Assembly: GCA_026391915.1 (NCBI GenBank)
Contig: JAPLCZ010000164.1
Coordinates: 1,397 to 65,396, forward strand
Direction of reading: 5' to 3'
Source of the DNA: Bacteroidota bacterium
Lineage (GTDB): Bacteria; Bacteroidota; Bacteroidia; CAILMK01
Length of the DNA: 64,000 nucleotides
The position numbers and the translations under genes were made by a program. Position 1 is the stretch's first letter. Each line of letters starts with the position of its first letter. Below the pieces are notes generated by a model. The model was not told the origin of the DNA and did no database searches. It saw nothing but the letters and a program-made list of their open reading frames with translations. Below, piece after piece: positions 40,238 to 48,300 of the stretch.

Positions 40238-40654
40238 TTACCTCAACCTGCACCTTAAATCCTCTACAGGGTCAAGCATAAAAATAAAAGATTTCTTAAT
40301 AAAGGATGGGTGGGCATCCTTCTTAAAATGATGGCGCAATTGATAGCAAGTCTCCCCTAAAATGCTCCCCAAAATGGGGGTAGTTATTAAATCATTAATA
40401 CTTGGCCTTTGCATAGAGGCAGCTATTAAATACTCATGTTCTGCAGAGTTAATGGCAGAAATTAGGAATGAATCCCAAACACGCCCACCCTTGTTGCGCC
40501 AACTCAAGTAATTTATAGAACCCATAATGGGGTGCGCCACATAATTCCAATCCCAATTATCATGGTCAATAACTGGGGGCATGGTATAGGCCTTTTGGAA
40601 GGTGGTGTACTGGAATTTCTTTGACCAATCTACCTTTTTATAAGTCCTCGCCAT
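40238..40654 (-). CDS. hypothetical protein, possibly the 3' part of a longer secreted-protein gene whose start is unclear
   Basis: 138 aa from the ATG at 40654. The same frame is open upstream to the TAG at 40880-82 and encodes a signal-peptide-like stretch (...KSARRFLCTFAFSWVWVCCVCAQNQ...) but contains no ATG/GTG/TTG. Confidence 0.45.
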   Translation of the reverse strand: MARTYKKVDWSKKFQYTTFQKAYTMPPVIDHDNWDWNYVAHPIMGSINYLSWRNKGGRVWDSFLISAINSAEHEYLIAASMQRPSINDLITTPILGSILGETCYQLRHHFKKDAHPSFIKKSFIFMLDPVEDLRCRLR

Positions 40655-40891
40655 CAGGTAAAAGTATGGTGGTATGGTAGTACTTAAAAATACCGTTTGC
40701 GAGTAAAGAATGCGTTGAGGGATGGGTAAAGTATCCTTGGCAATAAACCAACATGGTTTTTTAGGGGTGGGTTGATTCTGTGCGCAAACACAACAAACCC
40801 AAACCCAACTAAAAGCAAAAGTGCAAAGAAACCTCCTTGCACTTTTGTTATTTAATATTGAAATAAATCTCAGCAGAATACTAATGGAAAA

Positions 40892-41359
40892 TTAATCTAC
40901 GTAAAGGTGCATTGCCTGACTGGTTGTTAAATCAGAGGATAGGGTAATGGTTTTATCACCACTGCCATCATTCATAATTACAGCACAGGTATTAGGCGAT
41001 ATGCTACCAACATTATGAGCATAAAGCAGAACATAATTGTATTGTTTTTTCAGTGTTACTGTAACTGATTTTTTATCTGCAGTTAAAGTATAGTTGGATA
41101 TTACCTCAGTGCCATTAACTACAAGGGTAATAATATCACCATCAACTTGGCCGCTGTCCCATACTTTAAAGGTTACCGTTTTGCCGGTAAGATGTGTGGT
41201 ACCAGCATCAGATACTGGCCTGCCTCGGTAACTACTTGGGAAATTATCAGTGCTATTTGTGCCAGAGCCCGTGTAATTACTATAATCTAGATAATCACTA
41301 CAAGAGGTTAGGATAATTGTAGAAAAAGAAAAGAGAATGTAAAAGAGGATTTTTTTCAT
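40892..41359 (-). CDS. hypothetical lipoprotein
   Basis: 155 aa. Lipobox IILTSCS; the mature part is predicted beta-rich. Confidence 0.55.
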   Translation of the reverse strand: MKKILFYILFSFSTIILTSCSDYLDYSNYTGSGTNSTDNFPSSYRGRPVSDAGTTHLTGKTVTFKVWDSGQVDGDIITLVVNGTEVISNYTLTADKKSVTVTLKKQYNYVLLYAHNVGSISPNTCAVIMNDGSGDKTITLSSDLTTSQAMHLYVD

Positions 41360-41424
41360 ATTGATATTTTAGGCAAAGGTAGTTTAACCATAGTTGGTAA
41401 ATACTAATGTTTTCAAATTACCCA

Positions 41425-41465
41425 TAAAAAAGCCCTGCTAAACTTTAGCAGGGCTTTTTATTTTA
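41425..41465 (-). terminator. rho-independent terminator downstream of the 41481..41996 lipoprotein gene
   Basis: AAAAAAGCCCTGCTAAA-cttt-AGCAGGGCTTTTTATTTT. Confidence 0.75.
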
Positions 41466-41480
41466 TTATTAAAACTATTC

Positions 41481-41996
41481 TTAGTTCCTTACAATATTAG
41501 AGAAACTTCCTTTGAATTCTTTTACTACTCTTGCGCCACCGCAGCTACCTGTAGAGCCCGGTTTGCTATCACCCGTAAAAGAGAAAGAAGCGGTGCAAAC
41601 ACCAGTTTTTTGATCCATCTTAGTTACGTTCATACTACCTGATGTTGTTTGAAAAGTCATACCATCAGAATATACTGCGTAATAATCGCTTTGGTAAGAT
41701 AGAGCAGTTGTACCAGTTCTATCCGGGAAGTAAATGTTTAGTTGTGTGCCGTTAGAGGCAATAGATTGCAAATGATTAATAGCTATTGAACCTCCTAAAG
41801 CAAATTTAGATTCAAGCATTAATTTAGTGGTGGCTGTTTTCCAATCCGCGTTATCTATTTTCATTGATAAACTAGCAGCACCAGTTGTGTTGTTTGTACC
41901 GTTTGTGCCACCTGTGGTAGCTGTATCGCTTTTTTTGCTGCATGCAGTGGCAAAAAGAACGACTGCAATTGCGTTGATAATTAGTAATTTTTTCAT
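41481..41996 (-). CDS. hypothetical lipoprotein
   Basis: 171 aa. Lipobox LFATACS followed by a Thr/Gly/Asn-rich linker. Confidence 0.55.
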   Translation of the reverse strand: MKKLLIINAIAVVLFATACSKKSDTATTGGTNGTNNTTGAASLSMKIDNADWKTATTKLMLESKFALGGSIAINHLQSIASNGTQLNIYFPDRTGTTALSYQSDYYAVYSDGMTFQTTSGSMNVTKMDQKTGVCTASFSFTGDSKPGSTGSCGGARVVKEFKGSFSNIVRN

Positions 41997-42292
41997 GGGG
42001 TTATTTTTTTATTACCACAAACATAGGGGGAATTTATGAAGTAGCAATAAAAATTGAAATTATTTTTTGCCCCTCTCCTTTGAGGCTAGGTTGGATTGAG
42101 GGGATTTATATCGGCATATTATTGGCTAAACCGCCGCACCTTTTTTAATACATAAAATCATCTATCATTAATACCTCCATAGGCATATCATCCCTTAAAG
42201 AAAAACTCGCTGAGTTTACGCGAAAATATTATCTCAATCAGATAATTAAAGGGGGGATTTATTTTACAGCTCTCTTTATTGGTTCTTATTTA

Positions 42293-45200
42293 TTGGTGGT
42301 AGTAAGTGAGTATTATGGCAGGTTTGGTACTGGCACACGCACAGGGCTTTTTTATACTTTTATCTTGTTGAATCTTTTTATCCTTGGCAGGTATATCATC
42401 ATCCCGTTATTAAAACTTAACCAAATTGGGAAGACAATTACTGATGAACAGGCAGCCAATATTATTGGAAATCATTTTGGGGAGATAAAAGATAAACTCT
42501 TAAATACGCTACAATTAAAAGCACAGGCAGAGGCAAATTCTTCTTCACTTTTATTAGCGAGTATTGAGCAACGCACAAAGGAGTTAAAGCCTATCCCATT
42601 TGTAAATGCTGTGGATAGCAAAGCCAATAAAAAGTATTTGAAGTATGCATTAATCCCGCTTGGAGTTTTATTCATTTTGTTGATTCAATCACCAAATATG
42701 TTAGTGGAAAGCACCAACCGTTTGGTGAAGCATAATACCTTTTTTGTGGAGGAAGCTCCATTTAAATTCATATTGGAAAATGAAAAACTCAATGCCATAA
42801 GGCAGGAGGATTATGTCATTAAATTAAAAATAAAAGGGAAAGAAATCCCTGCGGAAGTATATGCTGTAGTTGATGGCAATGCTATAAAGATGTCACCTAA
42901 AAGCAAAACTACATGGACTTACACCATGCGCAATCTGCAAAAAGATATTGGGTTTAGGTTTGATGCGGCGGGATTTAGTTCGCAGCCTTATGAGCTAAAG
43001 GTGATGCCTAAACCATTCCTCCAAAAGTTTGAAATACGGTTGCAATACCCCAACTATATTGGTAAAAAAGATGATGTATTAAATAACACTGGCGACCTAA
43101 CTATTCCACAAGGAACGGTGGTGAGCTGGAAGTTTTTTACAGAGAATACAGAGAGTCTGCATTTCCTTTTTGGGAAACAAGAAATGAATGCAGACCGTAA
43201 AGGAGAAAACCTTTATCAATACAAAAAAGTATTTACTAAGGATGATGAATACCTCCTAAAAATTGGGAATAAATATCTGCAAAATTCTGACTCTATTAAA
43301 TATAGCGTTACGGTAATTCCGGATGCTTATCCTTCCATAGAAGCCACGCAGGAAAACGACACCTCAAGTCTTAAAAATTTATATTTTACTGGGCAGGCTT
43401 CCGATGATTACGGAATACAGAAAGTGACCTTTAATTATCATTACACCAAATCTGAGGACAGCGCTAAAAAGCGAATCCCATTGCAGACTGTAATGGTAGC
43501 AGGTGGCAACAAACCCTTACTTACTTTCTATCATTTTTGGGATGCCAACGCAGTAAACATTCAGCCCGGTGATGAGATAGAATACTATTTTGAAGCATGG
43601 GATAATGATGGGGTGAATGGCAGCAAATCAGCACGGTCTGCAAAGTTGGTTTTTAAAGCGCCGTCCCTTGATGAGTTGGAAAAGAAGAATGATAATTCCA
43701 ATAAATCCATCAGCAATAAAATAGAATCTGCCATACGCCAATCTGCTAAACTGCAAAAGGAAATGCAAGAGGCAAGAGAGAGATTACTCAACAAAAAGAA
43801 TCTGGATTATCAGGATAAAAAGATGGTGGAGGACATCCTTAAAAAACAACAGAATTTACAGAATACGGTGAAGGAGTTGAAGGAAGAATATACCAAGAAT
43901 AGCAAAGAGCAAAATGAGTTTAAGAAAGCGGATGAGGAGCTTTTAGAAAAGCAGAAAAACATACAGGAGATGTTTGATAAACTCATGGATGAGGATACCA
44001 AAAAGATGATGGATGATTTGAAAAAACTGCTGGATGAAAACATGAAGGATGACATCCAGAAACAGATGGAGGAAATGAAGTTTCAGGACAAAGAAGTGCA
44101 GAAGGAATTGGACAGGATGGCAGAGGTTTTTAAGCAATATGCCTTTGAACAAAAGCTGCAACAGAACATTGATAAGCTGGATAAACTCTCCGAAGAACAG
44201 CAGAAACTTGCTACCGAAACAGAACAAAAAAAGGGTGATGCCAAAGAGGAAACCCAAAAGCAGGACAGCCTCAATAAAAAGTTTGAAGACGTGAAGCAGG
44301 ATATGAAAGAGCTGCAACAAAAGAATGAGGAACTGGAGAATAAAAACAATTTAGAAAACACAGAAAAGCAACAGCAGGACATCCAAAAAGAGATGCAGGA
44401 AAGCAAAGAGAATCTGCAAAAACAACAGAACAAAAAGGCATCTCAAAACCAGAAAAAAGCCGCCCAAAAGATGAAGGAGCTCAGTGATAAAATGAAGGAG
44501 GCGCAGGAGAAAAGTTCTGAGAAAGATGGTGAGGATTATGCAGCCCTCAGGCAGATTTTATCCAACCTTATGTATGTTTCTTTTGAGCAGGAAAAACTCA
44601 TGAGTGAGCTTAAGGTAAAGAGCAATTATTCCCCTGAATTTATAGAGATTAGCAAACGCCAACGCAAGCTGCGTGATGATGCCAAAATGATTGAGGACAG
44701 CCTGCAAGCCCTCAGCAAAAGGGTCATTGAAATCAAGAGTTTTGTGAATAAAGAAATTGGTTTGGTGAACCACAATATGGACCTTGCCATTGAAGATTTA
44801 GGCGACAGAAATACGCCCTCTGCCCGCACCCATCAGCAGTATGTAATGACCTCTGTAAATAACCTTGCGGTAATGCTGAGTGAGGTGCTGAAACAGATGA
44901 ATGAACAGCAGAAAGAAAGCAAATCTCAAAAGCCCGGAGAGAAGCAATGCAAAAAGCCCGGTAAGAAAAAAGGAAAAGGACAAGGCAAACCAAAACCTGG
45001 TAGCAAAAGCATGCAATCCATGAAGGAAATGCAGCAGCAACTCAACAAAGAATTGCAAGCCATGAAGAATGGAAAAAACGGCAAACCCGGCAGCCAAATG
45101 AGCAAAGAGTTGGCGCAGATTGCAGCAAGGCAAGAGGCAATTCGCAGGGAGTTGCAACGCATCAATGCAGAACGCAATAAAGGCGGTAAAAAACCACTTG

Positions 45201-45520
45201 GAGATTTGGATGGCATACAGAAAATGATGGATAAAACCGAAGAGGATTTGGTGAACAAACGCCTCACTGATGAAACCATGAAACGCCAGCAAGATATTAT
45301 GGTGAAAATGCTGGAATCTGAGAAGGCGGAAAAGCAACAGGACGAAGAAGAAAAGCGCGAATCAAAAACCGCGAATAATAATAAGAATCAATCTCCCCCT
45401 TCGTTTGAAAAATACAAAGCCCTCAAAGAAAAAGAGGTGGAACTCCTGCGCACTGTGCCGCCAAACCTCAACCCTTATTACCGCGCCAAGGTAAAGGATT
45501 ATTTTCAGGGGATGAGGTAA
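42293..45520 (+). CDS. large membrane-anchored coiled-coil protein with a ~500-aa K/E/Q-rich low-complexity region (possibly a DUF4175-like family); true N-terminus probably lies upstream
   Basis: 1075 aa from TTG 42293. Two N-terminal TM segments, a ~350-aa globular region, then a long heptad-like K/E/Q-rich stretch (KELQQKNEELENKNNLENTEKQQQDIQKEMQESKENLQKQQNKK...) and a G/K/P-rich patch (KPGEKQCKKPGKKKGKGQGKPKPGSKS). The frame is open upstream to 42149 (encoding ...KEKLAEFTRKYYLNQIIKGGIYFTALFIGSYLL) with no ATG. Confidence 0.6.
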   Translation: MVVVSEYYGRFGTGTRTGLFYTFILLNLFILGRYIIIPLLKLNQIGKTITDEQAANIIGNHFGEIKDKLLNTLQLKAQAEANSSSLLLASIEQRTKELKPIPFVNAVDSKANKKYLKYALIPLGVLFILLIQSPNMLVESTNRLVKHNTFFVEEAPFKFILENEKLNAIRQEDYVIKLKIKGKEIPAEVYAVVDGNAIKMSPKSKTTWTYTMRNLQKDIGFRFDAAGFSSQPYELKVMPKPFLQKFEIRLQYPNYIGKKDDVLNNTGDLTIPQGTVVSWKFFTENTESLHFLFGKQEMNADRKGENLYQYKKVFTKDDEYLLKIGNKYLQNSDSIKYSVTVIPDAYPSIEATQENDTSSLKNLYFTGQASDDYGIQKVTFNYHYTKSEDSAKKRIPLQTVMVAGGNKPLLTFYHFWDANAVNIQPGDEIEYYFEAWDNDGVNGSKSARSAKLVFKAPSLDELEKKNDNSNKSISNKIESAIRQSAKLQKEMQEARERLLNKKNLDYQDKKMVEDILKKQQNLQNTVKELKEEYTKNSKEQNEFKKADEELLEKQKNIQEMFDKLMDEDTKKMMDDLKKLLDENMKDDIQKQMEEMKFQDKEVQKELDRMAEVFKQYAFEQKLQQNIDKLDKLSEEQQKLATETEQKKGDAKEETQKQDSLNKKFEDVKQDMKELQQKNEELENKNNLENTEKQQQDIQKEMQESKENLQKQQNKKASQNQKKAAQKMKELSDKMKEAQEKSSEKDGEDYAALRQILSNLMYVSFEQEKLMSELKVKSNYSPEFIEISKRQRKLRDDAKMIEDSLQALSKRVIEIKSFVNKEIGLVNHNMDLAIEDLGDRNTPSARTHQQYVMTSVNNLAVMLSEVLKQMNEQQKESKSQKPGEKQCKKPGKKKGKGQGKPKPGSKSMQSMKEMQQQLNKELQAMKNGKNGKPGSQMSKELAQIAARQEAIRRELQRINAERNKGGKKPLGDLDGIQKMMDKTEEDLVNKRLTDETMKRQQDIMVKMLESEKAEKQQDEEEKRESKTANNNKNQSPPSFEKYKALKEKEVELLRTVPPNLNPYYRAKVKDYFQGMR

Positions 45521-45569
45521 GCAATTTGAAAATTTGAGGATGTGAAAATGTTACAGCCCCTCCACGTTT

Positions 45570-45620
45570 TTTATGCCTCGGTTGGTGGCACACCAAACGA
45601 AATCAATATGTGTTTGGTGT
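45570..45620. other. perfect 19-bp stem / 13-nt loop hairpin downstream of the coiled-coil gene
   Basis: GGTTGGTGGCACACCAAAC-gaaatcaatatgt-GTTTGGTGTGCCACCAACC, followed by a second hairpin GTTTCGT-tgga-CGAAAC at about 45631-45648. Confidence 0.6.
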
Positions 45621-45670
45621 GCCACCAACCACGGCGGCGGGTTTCGTTGGACGAAACACTAACAAAATAA

Positions 45671-45724
45671 AACGGATTACAAATCCTTATAGTAAGGGGG
45701 GCGGGATTGCAAATCCCGCCCAGC
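45671..45724. repeat. left ~54-bp terminal inverted repeat of the WG-repeat gene cassette (two GGATT-N4-AATCC hairpins)
   Basis: aACGGATTACAAATCCTTATAGTAAggggggcGGGATTGCAAATCCCgcccagc. The core 24 nt (45672-45695) matches the reverse complement of 47707-47730 at 23/24; the full 54 nt match at about 42/54 without gaps. Confidence 0.6.
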
Positions 45725-45797
45725 AAGGGACAATCAGATGAACAACAATTCAATAAATAGTAACAGTATCTTTTAAATTCTAAACAACAGCACCACA

Positions 45798-47666
45798 ATG
45801 ACAAACGGACTAACAAAATTTGCTTTGACGATTACGGTACTAATCTTCGTAAATCAAACACAAGGACAAACAATTGAAGTAGGACAAAGTGCCGAACAAA
45901 TTAAAGGGCTAATTGAATGGACAACAAAAGACCACAACAAGCCAGACACATACGGAAACAAATCAAGTTCATATTGGACTTGGGATGTGAAGTATAACAA
46001 CGGACAAATAACCGATGTTGTTCAATGCTATCAAAAGCAGTATTTGCTTGACTTGCGAACAACTGCCGATTACTGCAAGCATTACATTATGGACAAGAGT
46101 AAACTTGCTTATGTGTTGACACAGTTTGAAAATATTTCAGTTGAAAAAATAACGGAGAATTACAACACTAATTCTATGAACAAAAAAATTGGTGGTTTAT
46201 ATTTTTCGGAAAACTATGAGTATTACTCAAAAATTTATTTATCTACCAACGGACTTGCAACAGTAGAATGGCGAAAAACAGTAGTGTCGGAATTGCCAGC
46301 AAGCATACAAAGTTCTGTTAGTTCTAAACTTACTACAATTAGAACCGAAACAAAAAATAAGCAGACTGAAGAACTCAATACTCAACTAATACAAGAAGAC
46401 GCAGACACCAAAGAAAGAAAGAACACAATACTTTCTTGCGAAAATTTCAGCAATGGACTTGCTTTGTTCTGCTATGATACCGAACATAAAGCAGGCGAAA
46501 TGAATTATAGTTACGGTAAAAAACTTTACGGTTATATAAATGAGAAAGGCGAAGTTTTAATTTCTCCGAAATATGAAGAAGCATTTTCATTTAATAATGG
46601 TTTTGCACTTGTTACAACCAATTCAAGATATTCAAGCAATTGGGAATTCATAAATACAAAAGGAGAAAATGTTTTCAATAAGAAATTTGCTGCTGCAAAA
46701 AGTTTTGTTGACGGATTCGCAGCAGTAAGAATAGTAAAAGGTGATTACGGTTTTATTGACAAAACAGGAAACTTTATTTCCAAACCACAATACAAAGAAA
46801 TTGGAGATTTTAAGGAAGGTTTTGCAAGAGTGAAATTTCAAGACAAATGGGGCTACATAGATAGCACAGGCAAAGAAATAATTTACCCTCAATTTAGTAA
46901 TGCAAGAGACTTTTCAGAAGGCTTGGCTATGGTTAGCCAGTTTGTAGACTATAGCTTTACTCAATATTCATACATAGACCAAACAGGGAAAGTTGTAATA
47001 AAACTTGGTGAAAGAGATGCTCCAGTTTTATCATCGGGAATTTCAAATTACGGAATGAGTAAGGATAAAAAATTAGAATTTGCATTTTGTGATTTTCACA
47101 ATGGAATGGCAATGATTGGCATTGATAGAACTCAAGGTTATATAGGTTTTAGTGGGACTGTATTTATTGATAAGGCAGGTAAGACGGTAATTAAGCCAAA
47201 GGACAGTTACCAAAGTATTTATCACTACAATGAAGGTTTTGCTTTAGCCCAAAAATATGGAGTTTACGGCTTTCTAAATGATAAAGGGAAGTGGGCTATT
47301 ACACCAATTTTTGAAGATGCGGGTAATTTTCACGAAGGTCTTGCAAAAGTTAAACTTAATGACAACTGGGGTTTTGTAGATGCAACTGGAAATGTTGTCA
47401 TAAATAAAGACATTCTAAAATCCAAGACTGAAATAATATTAAATCCACCATACGATGCTGTTTCAGATTTTTCAGACGGATTTGCAGTTGTTCAAGTAAG
47501 GCAGAAATATGGCTATATAGACAAATCTGGCAATTGGATAATTAAACCTGAACTTACTCTTGCAAAACCTTTTAAGAATGGTATTGCAAGAGTGAAATTC
47601 GCTGATAGAAAAGGATGGAATTACATTGACAAAAACGGAAAAATATTATTCACTAACTTCTTATAA
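45798..47666 (+). CDS. secreted WG-containing-repeat (KWG / WG_beta_rep) protein
   Basis: 622 aa. Signal peptide FALTITVLIFVNQTQGQ. About 8 tandem ~35-aa repeats such as DKWGYIDSTGKEIIYPQFSNARDFSEGLAMV and QKYGYIDKSGNWIIKPELTLAKPFKNGIARVKF. Confidence 0.75.
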   Translation: MTNGLTKFALTITVLIFVNQTQGQTIEVGQSAEQIKGLIEWTTKDHNKPDTYGNKSSSYWTWDVKYNNGQITDVVQCYQKQYLLDLRTTADYCKHYIMDKSKLAYVLTQFENISVEKITENYNTNSMNKKIGGLYFSENYEYYSKIYLSTNGLATVEWRKTVVSELPASIQSSVSSKLTTIRTETKNKQTEELNTQLIQEDADTKERKNTILSCENFSNGLALFCYDTEHKAGEMNYSYGKKLYGYINEKGEVLISPKYEEAFSFNNGFALVTTNSRYSSNWEFINTKGENVFNKKFAAAKSFVDGFAAVRIVKGDYGFIDKTGNFISKPQYKEIGDFKEGFARVKFQDKWGYIDSTGKEIIYPQFSNARDFSEGLAMVSQFVDYSFTQYSYIDQTGKVVIKLGERDAPVLSSGISNYGMSKDKKLEFAFCDFHNGMAMIGIDRTQGYIGFSGTVFIDKAGKTVIKPKDSYQSIYHYNEGFALAQKYGVYGFLNDKGKWAITPIFEDAGNFHEGLAKVKLNDNWGFVDATGNVVINKDILKSKTEIILNPPYDAVSDFSDGFAVVQVRQKYGYIDKSGNWIIKPELTLAKPFKNGIARVKFADRKGWNYIDKNGKILFTNFL

Positions 47667-47676
47667 AATGAAACCC

Positions 47677-47730
47677 CGCTGTGCCGGATTTGTAATCCGG
47701 TACTTTTTACTATAAGGATTTTTAATCCGT
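47677..47730. repeat. right ~54-bp terminal inverted repeat of the WG-repeat gene cassette
   Basis: gctgtgCCGGATTTGTAATCCGGtactttTTACTATAAGGATTTTTAATCCGT. The first hairpin plus the T-run also serves as the terminator for the WG gene. Confidence 0.6.
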
Positions 47731-47799
47731 CTTTCATAGCCTTCGCCATGTTTCGTGAGGGCACAAACCATGGCGTTAGAGAGCAAGTAAGTAGGAGGA

Positions 47800-48300
47800 T
47801 TAACCCTTCAACCCAACCGCTAATTCCTTTGCAGTAAACAGCATTGGCTGAATTATCACATCAGCCTGATTGTAGAAATAGGCTCTTTGGTATAGGGTTC
47901 TATACACATAATTCTCTAACCCATATTCGGGTAAATCTTTAATAATTGGGCGCGTTTCTTCATCTACTTTCAGGCGTTTGATGAGGTCTTCTTCTATCAA
48001 TTTCAAATAAATGGTTTTGCCCTTTTTCTTCATCCAATCCAGATTATTATTAAAGCAAGCAGTGCCACCTCCTGTGGCAATTACTGTATTTTTTAAGGAG
48101 GAGGTTTTGAGTAACTCTTCTGTCTCTAAAGTTCTGAATTTCTTTTCACCATCTTCAGTAAAAATAGCAGCTATTGTTTTGCCGGTTTGCTTTTCAATAG
48201 CATCATCAAGGTCAAGGAAATTATATGTGAGTTCTGAGGCAAGTTCTTTCCCGTAAGTGGTTTTTCCGGCAGCCATAAAGCCGATAAGGTATATATTCAT
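47800..48300 (-). CDS. aroK: shikimate kinase
   Basis: 166 aa. MNIYLIGFMAAGKTTYGKELA (P-loop) ...DLDDAIE.... Confidence 0.85.
   Translation of the reverse strand: MNIYLIGFMAAGKTTYGKELASELTYNFLDLDDAIEKQTGKTIAAIFTEDGEKKFRTLETEELLKTSSLKNTVIATGGGTACFNNNLDWMKKKGKTIYLKLIEEDLIKRLKVDEETRPIIKDLPEYGLENYVYRTLYQRAYFYNQADVIIQPMLFTAKELAVGLKG

Noticed and set aside
43585-45337. Nine overlapping minus-strand ORFs (43585..45337) rich in F/L/S/C
   Set aside because: They are antisense to the K/E/Q-rich low-complexity coiled-coil region of gene 42293..45520. Purine-rich sense codons give stop-free pyrimidine-rich antisense frames.
45521-45797. tRNA or other housekeeping RNA in the hairpin-rich intergenic regions (also 61215..62050, 57007..57176)
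   Set aside because: No cloverleaf with an anticodon arm or T-loop GTTC box could be folded by eye. There are no tmRNA tag-coding, RNase P or SRP signature motifs. The regions remain candidate novel ncRNA or regulatory loci and are reported as findings.
45571-45816. ORF 45571..45816(-) of 81 aa
   Set aside because: It spans the 19-bp-stem palindrome and the terminal-inverted-repeat hairpins. Its sequence is Cys-rich nonsense generated by the palindromic DNA, and it crosses the start of the WG-repeat gene.
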